Below, one piece after another: positions 49,032-61,102 of a stretch of 64,000 nt of DNA. Both the position numbers and the translations under genes were made by a program. A model generated the notes under the pieces. The model ran no database searches and was not told the DNA's origin. It worked only from the letters and a program-made list of their open reading frames with translations. Source of the stretch: Takakia lepidozioides (Eukaryota; Plantae; Bryophyta); assembly GCA_030704615.1 (NCBI GenBank), contig CM060731.1, positions 89,714,001 through 89,778,000 on the forward strand, given 5' to 3'. The stretch's first letter is position 1; every line of letters starts with the position of its first letter.

Positions 49032-50454
49032 CTACAGTGGAATATGAACAGACACATGAGGAAGCAAATCAGCCTTGTATACCAATTGTTTGTCCTCATC
49101 AGGTGGTGGCCTATCATCTGCATAGCTATTGCCCTGCAAGAGCTCACCACCCCAAGCCACCACCCCTGAGAATGCAGCCAATGTGGGCATCATGTTCCTA
49201 TGATCCACCGCTACATTCCCAATAAACCGCACTGGGAGCAGTGCACGTCGACCATCCCCTGACTGCCATTCTGGCCTGTAGGATGTTGTCTCCTCCCAAA
49301 AGTCCAAAGTAAAGCCCATCGGGTATAACACAGCCCCACCAACAAGCACATCATAAGACATCGCGTCCGTAACAATGGCTTTAGCTCTCATGACAGAGCC
49401 ATCTATAGGATGATCTGGCTGCAATCGAATGAAGAGCTCATGGCATGTAATCCCTCGTGCCTTCTCTAAACCGCCCAAAGATGTTTGAATTTGGAAAGGA
49501 CAAGGCTCCAAATCCGCCTCTGTAAGGCCCAAGCCTGCAATTGCTGTTCTCCCCAACATCAATGGTTGTGCTTCCGAGTCCAACAAGACCCGCAGTGGCC
49601 TATACCTCCTCCCGGCTCGGCCACCCTACTGAAACACACCATCCTGATTGTCCACCAGGACTACCCCAGGAGTCACCATACTACGTTCAATGGCTGGTCT
49701 AGCTGGCAACTTCTGCAACCTTGCAACTGCCGCTTGCCATGGCGCAGCTGTGGCTGTTTTCACCCTTGAATCCAAGGCATCCATGCACTGCACCTGATCT
49801 GCTATCCCCACAGATAGTGCCGATGCATCATCACTCTCACAGAGTGCAACTGCCAGTCTAAACACTGCAGCTGGCCGCATCACCGGCATTGCAATTGTCG
49901 TGGCAGAAAACAATGGAGCTTGGCAAATTGCCGTAGCCGCCCCCAACAATGTACTGGCTTCACCTTGCTTTGCTACACCATCCACTAGCATTTCCCGAGC
50001 CACATCAACTCTCCCCAATGACACTCGTGGCTCTACTTCTGACACACTTGGGCGAGCGGGTGCCATCGATGGCATAGTTGGCACTGTCTCAGCCAATGTG
50101 AAAGATTGTGGAAGCCTTGTCTGCCGACTTGCTTCCCCTCTTTGTGGATCAAAATTCACATCCACTCCTCTTGGCTCAGGAGCACGCGTTGCTGCTCGAG
50201 TGACAACAGCTACAGAGTCCACATGCAATGGTCTTGCAAGTGTGGCTCCACACATGAAGCCCATACCAATCTGGTCTTCCCTAGGCATAGGAGGTTGTGC
50301 AGATGGGGCTTGAACCTCAAGCCTTGGAGCTGGCGCAACATGAGTAGTGGCCATGGCAGCAAGACGTTGCTCTAGCTGGGCAAGTCTATCCACCATGCCT
50401 TGGTCATGACCTTGACCTTGACCCTGTGCTCCTTGCTTTTGGTTACCACTATGT
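49032..50454 (-). pseudogene. G2 gag C-terminal remnant and aspartic protease
   Basis: RVLLDSEAQP (DSG mutated) ... SYDVLVGG; upstream reading frame is cut at 50455. Confidence 0.75.
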
Positions 50455-51390
50455 CACTAGAAGCATTCGTGTCTTTTCCGAATCGACTGCATGTCCAAAA
50501 CCACTGAGGGAACAACTTTGAGATGTTTGTTACTACTGCACAGTCATAACGGATAAATTCGCATTTCTAATGGCGGATAAAAGTTGCATCAATGCCTCCG
50601 CAGTCGGCGCAATATTCGCGGCGATTTAATTCAATTACGTAAATTGTTTTTTTTTTAAACAACAATTACAAGTGGTTTTAAGCACTAGAGAACGACTCTT
50701 AACAACTAGGCATTCATTGCACACCCTATTCAAAAATGGAATTTTTATAAGTGCTCCACATGGCTCATGACGTGGAATATTTTAATATATTTGATGTCTC
50801 TCAAACAATCTCACTAAGGCCCCCAAAGCCTGCCAAATCTTGAAGACCCCAAAAAGTCCTTCAGACGAGTTGCCAAAGACTCCTTAAGCTCGCCAAATAT
50901 TAGCCTCCAAGGACCCCAAAATAGTCCTCCAAATAGCCCTCCAAAGCTCCAAATGTTTGCCAAATATTGGTCTTCAAGGACCCCCAATAGTCCTCCAAAC
51001 AGTCCTCCAAACACCCCTTCAAGAGCTCTTCAAGTGTCTTACAAAAGCTCCTCAAAGGACCCCCCAAAGATCCTCCAAAGGCAATACTCCTCCAGATACA
51101 CCGTCGATGTCATACACTTTTAATGAAAACGTATGGTAGGCAAAGTCTCTCCACTTGTATCCATACACTGTTCAAAAACATGTATGGTGGGGCAGATTGA
51201 GCCCATACTTTGTTCACAAAAACGTATGTTGGGCAGAGGAGGCCCATACTCTGTTCACAAAAGTGTACGTTGGGCAGAGGGGTTCCATACTCTTTTCAAA
51301 AAAGTGTATGATGGGCAGAGGGAGCCCATACACAGTTTCTTGAAGAGTATGGAGACTAGGGTTTGTAGAGTATAGTAAGAAACACCTTCT
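50455..51390. mobile_element. CACTA-like fragment replacing most of G2 gag, with short degenerate tandem repeats
   Basis: Starts CACTAGAAG exactly where gag stops; CCCCAAATAGTCCTCCAA-like repeats at 50810-51100 and ~45-bp GGGCAGAG..CCATAC repeats at 51120-51340; no matching right end. Confidence 0.45.
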
Positions 51391-52713
51391 TCATGGTATC
51401 TTCCCCCCTAACATGCATGCAAGATTGCATTATCTTACTTTGCAATGCATTCATCCCAAATTGACAAGTTCCTCTTGATCTCCTTGGAACTCATAGCAAG
51501 CTAATGTGCCCAATGACAAGCGCCAAGCCTTGCTTGAATTTGAATTTTGTATGCCATCTTCCATGTGCTTTCCCTTGCATGGGCTAGTCACACACACTTC
51601 CACCTCTTGACCTAGGTGTTCTCTTCATTCATCATAATGTGTATCCAACCTCTATTCAAGAGCTCATCTTCTTCAAACTTGAAGTCACAAGCCCTAAAGA
51701 GCATGCTCCACATAAGCATCACTTGCTTGATCAACCATCCACCACAAAACTTAAGCAAAAAGGGAATGAATACATGAGCTTCACCTTCCACTTCCTTGTC
51801 TTGTCACATGCTAATGTATGGTTGAAGTTACTATGCATGCCGTGAGCCACAATCTCCTTTCTTCATGAAGATCACCTCCAATGATCTCCCACATGTGCTC
51901 CAAGCTCTTCAATACTCTAGGCTTGGTTTCCCATCATCATGGATAGAATTCTCACCCACATGCTTCCCTTTGGAGTCATCTTGAGCTTCTTGATGCTCTC
52001 CAAGTGGTTGCTTTTGTTGTCTTCAAGCCCTAGCCTATGTAGCTCCTTGGCTTTTCTTCCACAACATGCACCACCTCATACACAAGGAATGAACTTGCTC
52101 ACTTCACCTTCTAGCTCTCCTCAAGCTTGAATTGGAAGCCACACTTGGAAAGCATGCCCCACACATGCGCCACTTGCTTGGTCAACCACTTGCTTCACCA
52201 AGAGCAATCCAAGAACTCATAGAACTAGCAAAAGCACTCCCTTCTAGCGCCACCTTTGCTTGTTTGGTTGTCAACCAAATAAAACCCCACTTGGCTTCAT
52301 TTCACCATGGATAGAACAACCACTTCTTAGCTTCTCTTGAGCTACTCAATGCTCCTCAAGCTACCCTTGTTGTACTCCTTCTATTCCAACCCAAGCATGT
52401 GCCGCTCTTTGGCTTCTCTTTCACACCATGAACAACTAGAGCTTGCTCTTGAAACCCTAGTGTCTATCTTCTCCACACACAAGATGCTTCTCTTGTGATG
52501 CAAGAGCTCTTTTCCAAACTCTCCACCTCTATAGAGCAAAGTAATGCTTCTCAAACCCTAACATCCATGTTCTCCACGCCACAAGGATTTTCCTTTGCAA
52601 CACCTGCAACACCTTGCAACACAAGAGCTCTTTACCAAGCTCTCTCCAACACACAAGTGCTAAACTAACCCTTACACTCCGCACTCACAAGCATAAGGAG
52701 ATCTTCTTGTAGT

Positions 52714-53081
52714 GATAGTGGAAGTGAACACACAATGGAAATACTCCACTCATGAATCCACTCAAATCACATAAATTAAGTCAAGCCAAGGGCACCTTTG
52801 CTAAAGGAATCCACCCTACAACGCCCTCACCACACTCCCTCTCAATACCTAGAGCTATGGAGGTGGGAGAGGCTCATGGAGGCTCAACTACAAGAATATG
52901 AGCCCTCCTCAACACTCACAAGGGGAAAACCCATCCCCATGTCCCAAGTGAGGTTTGACACCTCACTTGGCATGTGAGACCAAATGAAGTCCTAACACAC
53001 AAAATACAAATATAAATATCCAAAATGTCCTAGTTAACTAGAAGTAGGTAATTCTAGTTAACCATGACTAAAACCATGACA
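52714..53081. repeat. G2 repeat B, copy 2 (5' end of element)
   Basis: Direct repeat of 43798-44164; begins TGTCATGG on the minus strand. Confidence 0.95.
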
Positions 53082-53728
53082 GGATGGGTGTAGAACACAA
53101 GGCTTTGCGAAGGACATCAAAGGCAGCCTGCTAAGAAAAAGTCCATTCAAACCTGACATCTTTCAACAACACCTTGGTTAGAGGATGACCCAATTAGCAA
53201 AGTTCTTGATGAAGCGTCTATAGTAAGAGGCCAGACAAAGAAGGATTTGATGCAGTGTTTGTCTTTGGGATTTGGAAAGCCCCAGACACATTCAAGCTTG
53301 GGCGCAGGATCAGGCATGAACCCATCTTCGGATAGAACGTGGCCAAGGAAATGCAATTCGGACATCAATAATTAACATTTCTTGGGCTTTACCTTCAGAC
53401 CCGCAGTCCGTAGCGTGCTAAAGACTCGCTGCAAATCAAAGAGATGGGCATCAAAACTAGCGCTTGAGTAGACATTGATATCATCAACATAGATCGAGGC
53501 ACATTCCAAGCGCAGGTTGCCCAAGACAATATCCATGAGCCGCTGGAAGGTGGAAGTAGCATTGCAAAGCCCAAAGGGTATAGTCTCATACTGGTATTTA
53601 CCCATGCGACAAACAAAAGAAGTTTTCTCTTTAAAGCTGCATCAGTCAAGGGCACTTCCAAAATCCAGATGCAAGGTCAAGAGAAGAAAATATAGTGGCA
53701 CCATGCAACATGTCCAAGGAACACCATT
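53082..53728 (-). pseudogene. Gypsy G1 reverse transcriptase, 5'-truncated
   Basis: IFSSLDLASGFW, IPFGLCNATSTFQRLM, YVDDINVYS, FLGHVLS. Confidence 0.92.
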
Positions 53729-55236
53729 TTAAGTAAATATGGACAAAAGGATGAAATCTGGACATCCGTTAAATAATTATAATTAATTAATTAATAAGGG
53801 AAAAAAACTATATTCAGTATTAACAATTCATTAAAGCTTACAATTTTGGATTTTCCAGGATTGGGCCGAAAAGTAGCATCGTCCTTTGCAAAATAAATGA
53901 CAAGCAAGACACCTATATTGAATTTGAGGAGATCGCTCGTGAGTATATTCACGGAGGGGATATCTCCCGTGCACTCGATAGGTAGTTTCTCGCAACTTAC
54001 ACGAAACGAATCATTCGATTACTACATGTCAATGGTGAGAGAAGATGAGAGGAGCTTTCCCGTGAAAACGTAACAAATGCATGTCAATATCATATATGAA
54101 ACAAAGTAAGAGCTTTAAAACCACAATGGGTCATGACTCAAAATTATTGGTAGAAACATTGGAATAATGGTTTTGAATTATTGAAACTTAAGGGATAGAA
54201 AAATATTTGTCACATTGAGGACATGAAATAACAAACGAAATGCATTGAACCGACAAATACAAGGTCAGATACCATGTCAAATACAATTTCAAGTACAATA
54301 TCAGCTTGTTGCAGGTGCTTTGAGACCTTCCCCCAACCAGGGGAGATCTTCCGTGCTCAATATGAGAAGCGTCGAGCCATCAAATCAAAAGAAAATAAGA
54401 TCTAGAAACATTCACATGAACTGGTCATCCAGAAATTAAAACTGTCCGGTAAGACAACAGTTATTTGTCACCCTCCGAATACCAAATAAGAATCCAGGAA
54501 ATGCTGAACAGACGTCGAGACATAGCAGGGGAGACCTCCCGTGCTACAACTGAAATCAATAGCACAATTGCGAAAATACAATTTAGAACGTCGGCATCAT
54601 AAGGCGCCACCGTTAAAATCGGAGTAGTGAACGACATTCCGGAAGGGAAGATATGAAGGTTTTGGACCAGACAAAATCCTCATCATCTTCAGAAAATGAA
54701 GACATTTGCAAATCCTTACAATGAGCTCTAAGAAAAATATAATAATCACGATCGGAAATAGTCAAGTCACTGTAGCACGGGACATCTCCCGAGCACTATG
54801 TGTAAGGGAGAAAACCATCAACCACCATGGGAAATCGGCAGTCCGACATACGAAATGAGTGGAACCATCAGACGGAAACAAATCAAAATGTACAACCATC
54901 CACATCCACTGGCCATTCAAAAATTCAAAATTTTGGAGATCAGAACAAAAGCTATTTGTCCGCAGATAAAAAAAAAATCCAGTTCGTAATATTAAAAAAA
55001 CAACGTGACACACCACGAGACCTAGTTATCATTCTTGACGTGACGTGGCGCTGACATGTCGGCTGTCACGTCCGACGTTCGTCACGTCACGTCGAATCCG
55101 GACGTTTACCCATGTAATTTTTCTTACATTTGACTTTTACGGTTTACTTCTACCCTTTGTAATGACATGGCAGCCACGGTGGAAAACAGACGTGGCCAAT
55201 TATTAATATTTATTAATTCTTTCTAAAAAATATGTC

Positions 55237-55660
55237 CGCCTATATTGGCGGTCGCATATAATTTATTATTTTTAATAAAAGCGACCGCCCATATTGGCGG
55301 TCGTTTGTAATTTAATATTTTGTTAAATTAAGCGACCGCCAGTATTGGCGGTCGCCGTTAATTTATTTATTTATAAATGAAGCGACCACCCATATTGGCG
55401 GTCGCCCGTAATTTATTTATTTATAAATGAAGCGACCGCCCATATTGGAGGTCGCCCATAATTTATTTATTTATAAATGAAGCGACCGCCCATGCTGGTG
55501 GTCGCCTGTAATTTATTTATTTATAAATGAAGCGACCGCCCATATTGGCGGTCGCTTGTATTTTATTACATTTTAAAATAAGCGACCGCCTACATTGGCC
55601 ATGTGGCAGTCGCTCTTCTTGTTTTTATAAATATAGCGACTGCCATGCGGCGGTCGCGTG
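55237..55660. repeat. Palindrome array GCGACCGCC(C/A)ATATTGGCGGTCGC, ~50-bp period, AT-rich spacers, about 9 copies
   Basis: Copies near 55280, 55331, 55381, 55431, 55481, 55530, 55580. Confidence 0.93.
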
Positions 55661-56245
55661 TTTTTTTTTTCCTTCGAAATCCAGGGACCCACCGTGTGGC
55701 ATTTTGTTTTTAATTTTTAATCATGAAGCGGCGCCTCGGCCAGCCACGTGGCGAGGTGCCACGGGTCAGGAAAAACGAAACAAATGAGATGGGGGGAGGT
55801 GGTTTTGAACCCTTGACCTCTCCCATGTGGGTGCGCGTGGCGAGGCGCCACTGGCATGTCGCGCCTTTTCAAGCATAATGCCATTTTTTTTTGGGGGGGG
55901 GGGGGGGCTGGTGGGCGCCTATATAAACCATTCCCCCCTCCTTTTCTGATCACTTTTGCCCCTCTTGTGGTGCGGTTCCTTGGCATCCTGTAGTCCTTTC
56001 GGACTTCGTTGTTTGGCACTGCCAACGGGAGGTGCAAAGGTGATTATTTGGGGGGGGAGGTTTTGTCGTTTTTCTATTGGTTAGTCCCACACACTTGTTC
56101 ACGGTACAATCATCGTAACACTATTTTGCCGTTTCCGGATCTCCAGCGGCCTGTTTTTTGGTAGAAAACTACAAAGACACCATCCACACGCGTTCATTGT
56201 CATTTTCTGAGGTTTTGCACCCTGTAGTGGGCAAAGGTTTATACA

Positions 56246-57710
56246 ATGTCAGGGGTTGTGAATTCAAGTTCTGGGGCGGGGTCGCCTGGGGGGCGGAGCA
56301 AGAGAAAACGTGCCCACGAGCAGGATAGCCAGGTCAACAAGCCAGACTACCCGGGTCCGGATGCCTTGGATAGGGTGAAAGAAGTGGTAGTGGATTATTT
56401 CGAGGGTAGGGACATGATGAGGCTGGAGAGTGCTTATGTTAGGCATGGATGGGAGGGGTTTCAGATTTTTCAGCAAAATATAGAGAGGAAAATGACAAAC
56501 GCTTTGGCGGGGACTAAGTGGACGGCGGACAGGGACAAGCCGAAGTTCAATCGGTGGATCCAAAGCAGGGCGAAAGACGCCATGTGGAATTTGAGGCAGC
56601 TAATGAAGACATGGAAGGGTAGAACAACCGAGGGTCGAGTGCCCTCCGCCGAAGCTAAGTTAATGCGACGTGTTGAGTATTGGGCTTGCTCGGCAAGTCA
56701 GAATTCACATCGCCGGACTAGGGTTGTTTCTTGGAAGGCGGGGTCATCGGGCGGGGGAGGCACTACTGGTCTTTATTATCTGAACTCTAGTGCGAAGGTA
56801 GTAGAGATTGGCCCTTACAAAGAAGGAAGGTATGCTAAGGTCCGTCACTGTAGGATTGTTGGCGATTCTAGAATATCGGAGCGTTGGGAGCTAGCGGGAA
56901 AAAAATCCAAGTCCAAAAATCCAGTAAAGGCGTTGAGACAACATAACGACGAGTGTTTGGTAATGAAGTTCCAGCATCCGGGTGTTATCTCGTATTTTGT
57001 TGTGAATGCACGTGAGGTAGAGGGTTACACTCGCTGGTGGAATGGGGGGACAATATGCGACATGATGAACCTTGACAGAAAATGGGGCAACGATTCGGAC
57101 AACAGGGTGATTTTGGAACAAAGGGGAACGGAAGCAGAGTTCTAGGAATGCGATCGCTTGCTTCATTTCCGGAAAGTGCGCAGTAAACTTGCATGGGCAC
57201 TGGTGTGCATTATGGATGTTGTCCACAAGAACGGTGTCCTGCACAACGACTTGTCCCCCGACAACCTCTTGTTGCATTTTCCAGATGGCACCGAGGAGAT
57301 CAAGATTGGGGTGTGTGATTGGGGCTTAGCCACCCCATTGGGCATACGCAAAGCCTCGCCGTACCAGTTTGAAAACCAAGACAAGCTGGACCGGGAACTC
57401 GCAAAAAGATGGTGGGTGGAAAAAGATATTGCATCGGTTTTCAATGCAAATGTCACTCCACCCCCCCCCCCAGGACATGACGTCAGAGGCCTTTGCCGTT
57501 GGGAAGATAGCGGTACGAATAAATGGCGGCGTTCATTATGATCAAAGTATGTTCCAAGACCAATTTACGGGAGGTTGTTGGCATTCAATGCTACAAAGGT
57601 TGTACGACAACAACAAGAATGAGAGAGTCACATTAGCCCATGTAGTACTTCGGTTCATGGACAAGCCATTCAATTGGCCTGAGCCGAAAGACGTATATAG
57701 GACGGAGTAG
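56246..57710 (+). pseudogene. Intronless protein kinase-like gene (stop at 57143, frameshift at poly-C near 57465)
   Basis: EGRYAKV, LAGK, HPGVI, VLHNDLSPDNLLL, CDWGLA; TATATAAA at 55920. Confidence 0.85.
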
Positions 57711-57792
57711 ACCATAGTCTCGTAGATATGACATTTCTGGCGGTACAATGGTTCTTTTATGAAGACATAACTCAATTTTGACCGTGCATGTA

Positions 57793-58322
57793 ATAAATAA
57801 AGTCCCATTGTAAATATTACATTGCATATGCTCGACCCTGGCACCTGTCATCGCAACATAAATGGTTTGTGTACTGGCTCACTGTTTATATTTGTAATGT
57901 TCTAAGGTTTCGGATATGGTTATGAGAAAACAATGTATTAGTTCCGTAGGAGTTAGACAACAAACGTCTTCTCTCATTCAACTGTGCGACACTACCATGA
58001 GAGGCATGGATCGGAAAGTAATAGGTGCACTTGCGACCTCCGAACGTTTGATACTAGGTCTTTACTTAAATGTGCGGAGGTCGCATGTACACCTATTACT
58101 TTTTTATCCATGCCACTCATGGTAGTGTCGCACAGTTGAATGAGATATGGAACGTTTGTTGTCTAACTCCTATAGATCCAATATATCATTTTCTCAGTAC
58201 CCTGTCAGAAACATTGATTCGCAGTTACAAACAGTGCCACAATACACGGCCGGTTTAGTTGAAATGACATTTGTGAGGTTCGAGCGTATGCAATTTATTA
58301 TTTACAACGGAATTTTATTTAC
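57793..58322. repeat. Long imperfect inverted repeat (arms ~260 bp, short loop near 58050-58067)
   Basis: e.g. GGAGTTAGACAACAAACG / CGTTTGTTGTCTAACTCC and CTCATTCAACTGTGCGACACTACCATGAG / CTCATGGTAGTGTCGCACAGTTGAATGAG. Confidence 0.92.
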
Positions 58323-58400
58323 TCGGGGGACCGGTAGTGCTGTTGGAGCGCAACTGATGGTGCGAGTTCTCTATTGATTGGAGCTGTCACAACCAATGTC

Positions 58401-58756
58401 AACAATCATATTTACGATAAGGTGTTTCATGCTATTGTTGTTCCTCTAGCTGAGTTTTGTAGTACTCTTTTTGCTATTCCCATGCCAACGTCCTCTGAGA
58501 CTGTCATGTTCAAACGGACGTATCAGCCACCCCGGCCAGCTTGCAGGCTGCAGCCATGGCCCACCATAAATTGAATGAATTGGAGATTTTGTGCGAAGTT
58601 CCTGGTTTCATGTCCGTGGTGGCTGATACGAAATTCGGAATATGGCAGTCGCAATGGACCTGATGTTGTTGGCATGGGAGTAGCAAAATGATTATTAAAT
58701 AATTCAGCTACATGAACATCGGCAGTATGAAACACCTTGCAGTACATATGATTCTT
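58401..58756. repeat. Second, more diverged inverted repeat (arms ~95 bp)
   Basis: AAGGTGTTTCAT..TTTGCTATTCCCATGCCAAC versus GTTGGCATGGGAGTAGCAAA..ATGAAACACCTT. Confidence 0.8.
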
Positions 58757-59389
58757 GAGATTGTTTGCACGGATTATTTGTGTTTGTGCTTTCAAGTGAC
58801 GAACATTTCCGCCATGGTGCGGAAGACGTGCATTGGCCACATTAAACGGTTGATGTAATACCATTTCACAAATGTATCACATCGCATTTGTGAAAATGTA
58901 TCATATGAACCGTCCCATGTGACCTACGGGAGTCTTCGATGGGTACGAGATCAATGTGGCCTACGAGATCTGCTTCCACCAACAAACATGTGATCATTTC
59001 AGAAGCGCTAGAACTTTGAAGCGACGATGGGCAAGGTTCTTCATCCAGATGTTCAACTCTCTTGCTTCGTAATGAGGTGCTTCTCCAACTTTTATTTTTC
59101 CAATGCTAATATCTTCCATCTGGAACATATCCACACATGCGTATATAACTTTAAAAAAACAAATGACCATCAAAACTGGAAGCTGGGGATGAGGCTTATA
59201 AAAGTTGAGATGATCATTTATTTTTTTAAGGATTTCTGCACACATATGTGGATCTGTTCCAGGTGGAGAATATTAATATGTTGGATAAAGTGGACATGGA
59301 GAAGCACCACATTATGAGGCATGAGACACTATAAAAAGAGCTTCAAATGGCATACCATGTAACAGGTCCCAGTATAATCGAAGACGAAA

Positions 59390-60675
59390 CCCCATTCATT
59401 CAATGGGCGATTGAATGGTTGCCCATCCAAATGATTTTCGTTTGCTTTCAATCTTTGCCACTATGTTGAACATACCATGTATCAGGTCCCGGATTAATAT
59501 TAGATCAATCGAAATTCATTCGATGGCTCAACGGATGGTTGGCCATTGAAATGATTTTGGTTTGCTTTGAGACTTGGCCACTATGTTCAATGTGCCATGT
59601 AAGAGGCCCCAAAATAATATGAGATCAATCAAAATTTGTTCAATGGGCCAACGGATGGTTGCCCATCCAAATGATTTTCGTTCGCTTTGAAACTTGGCCA
59701 GTGTGTTCAATGTACCATCTGATACGTCTCAGTGTAATACGAGATCAATCGAAAATTGTTCGATTGTCCAATGAGGTGTTCACTTGTCATCTGGTTTTTG
59801 TTCAATGCGAAAAAAAAATCATGCAATGCGTGCACGGCTATTGCACCCATTGAACGGATGTGGTTGAAGCCCCTCTTTTGCCCGCATGTGCTTGAACATG
59901 TGTGCAACACATGTGCGGAGACACAACAGACGAATAAATCATTTGCCTCCCCATCGACGCGCTCCCCCCCTCAAGCCATTCCACAATTTAATTGAATTTA
60001 AATTTATTTTAAGCCACCGCCAAAATTTGGACCAATAAAAAATGCCCCCCCCCAAAAAGTGTTCTTTTTGCTCACTATTGCAGAACTTTCTATGAAGAGT
60101 GCATATAGTAGAACACAAATCAAGTTTGGAGTGCAAAACAGGGAAGAAACTGTGGTTTTGGGTCCAAATGAATTTTGATTGCTCCCAAATTTGGCACGCA
60201 CGTTGCATATGGCTATATTACACGCCCTATTTAAAAAACGGAATGAAAAAAAAATCGTGAGCACGTGAAACACAGTCCAACAGGTCTCAAAGCAATAGCA
60301 ACTCCAACAAAATACATTCAACGGGTGAACGGATGGTTGCCCATCCAAATCATTTTTGTTAGCTTCCAAACTTTGCCAGCACGTTTGAGACACCCTCTCA
60401 CATGTCCCGGACTAATATCAGATCAATCAAAATTCATTCGATGGCTCAACGGATGGTTGGCCATCGAAATGATTTTGGTTCGCTTTTGAGACTTGGCCAC
60501 TATGTTCAATGTGCCATGTAAGAGGCCCCAGAGTAATATGAGTTCAATCGAAATTTGTTCAATGGGCCAACGGATGGTTGCCCATCCAAATGATTTTCGT
60601 TCGCTTTGAAACTTGGCCAGTGTGTTCAATGTACCCTCTGATACGTCCCAGTGTAATATGAGATCAATCGAAATT
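59390..60675. repeat. Two blocks (59390-59760 and 60310-60675) of three ~120-bp tandem units each
   Basis: Recurrent AACGGATGGTTG(C/G)CCAT..AAATGATTTT..ACTTGGCCA..GAGATCAATC. Confidence 0.88.
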
Positions 60676-61102
60676 ATTTTGTGCTTTGAGAACTATGTGG
60701 GTATGTTCGTAGAAAGATCATAGATTTTGCGAAATGATTATGAAATACGCAGGGACCAGGCGAAATTTGTTTGGAAGACCACCGTTTGTTACCATCAATT
60801 TTCCTTGCTCTCCAACTTTCGGAGTTCATTGCAAATACCCACTTACACGTCATGACCAAATATGACACCATTGTAAATTTGTTTACAGGGTGAACTACTT
60901 CTTCCCCATCACACGAGTGTAAATATAAAGAAAACGTTGCTCATGCAATTGAAATTGGCAGGTGCAGCACATGTGCATTGTGTATTAATAAAATTGGTGA
61001 TATACAAACTTGACGGAATGCCATCGCTGTGTTTTCCAACAATATTCAAGGTACAACAAAAATGCATATTGTATATGTACTACGCTGTCAGTCATTAAAA
61101 GC

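Larger units (their letters stand above)
43710..53081 (-). mobile_element. Gypsy G2 with DNMT3-like and PHD domains and permuted terminal repeats
   Basis: TG...CA ends; GGAT duplicated at 43706-43709 and 53082-53085; removal restores G1 LCSTPILMFPNF. Confidence 0.93.

Noticed and set aside
51391-51410. CA-TGGTATC partial PBS or purine tract
   Set aside because: Only 7 nt match tRNA-iMet, on the wrong strand for G2, with no associated LTR pair.
43710-53081. DIRS/Ngaro element because of split direct repeats
   Set aside because: It encodes a protease and DDE integrase, has a TSD, and shows no tyrosine recombinase.
58994-59342. Small minus-strand ORF between kinase and RING genes
   Set aside because: Short, AT-rich, no recognisable motif.
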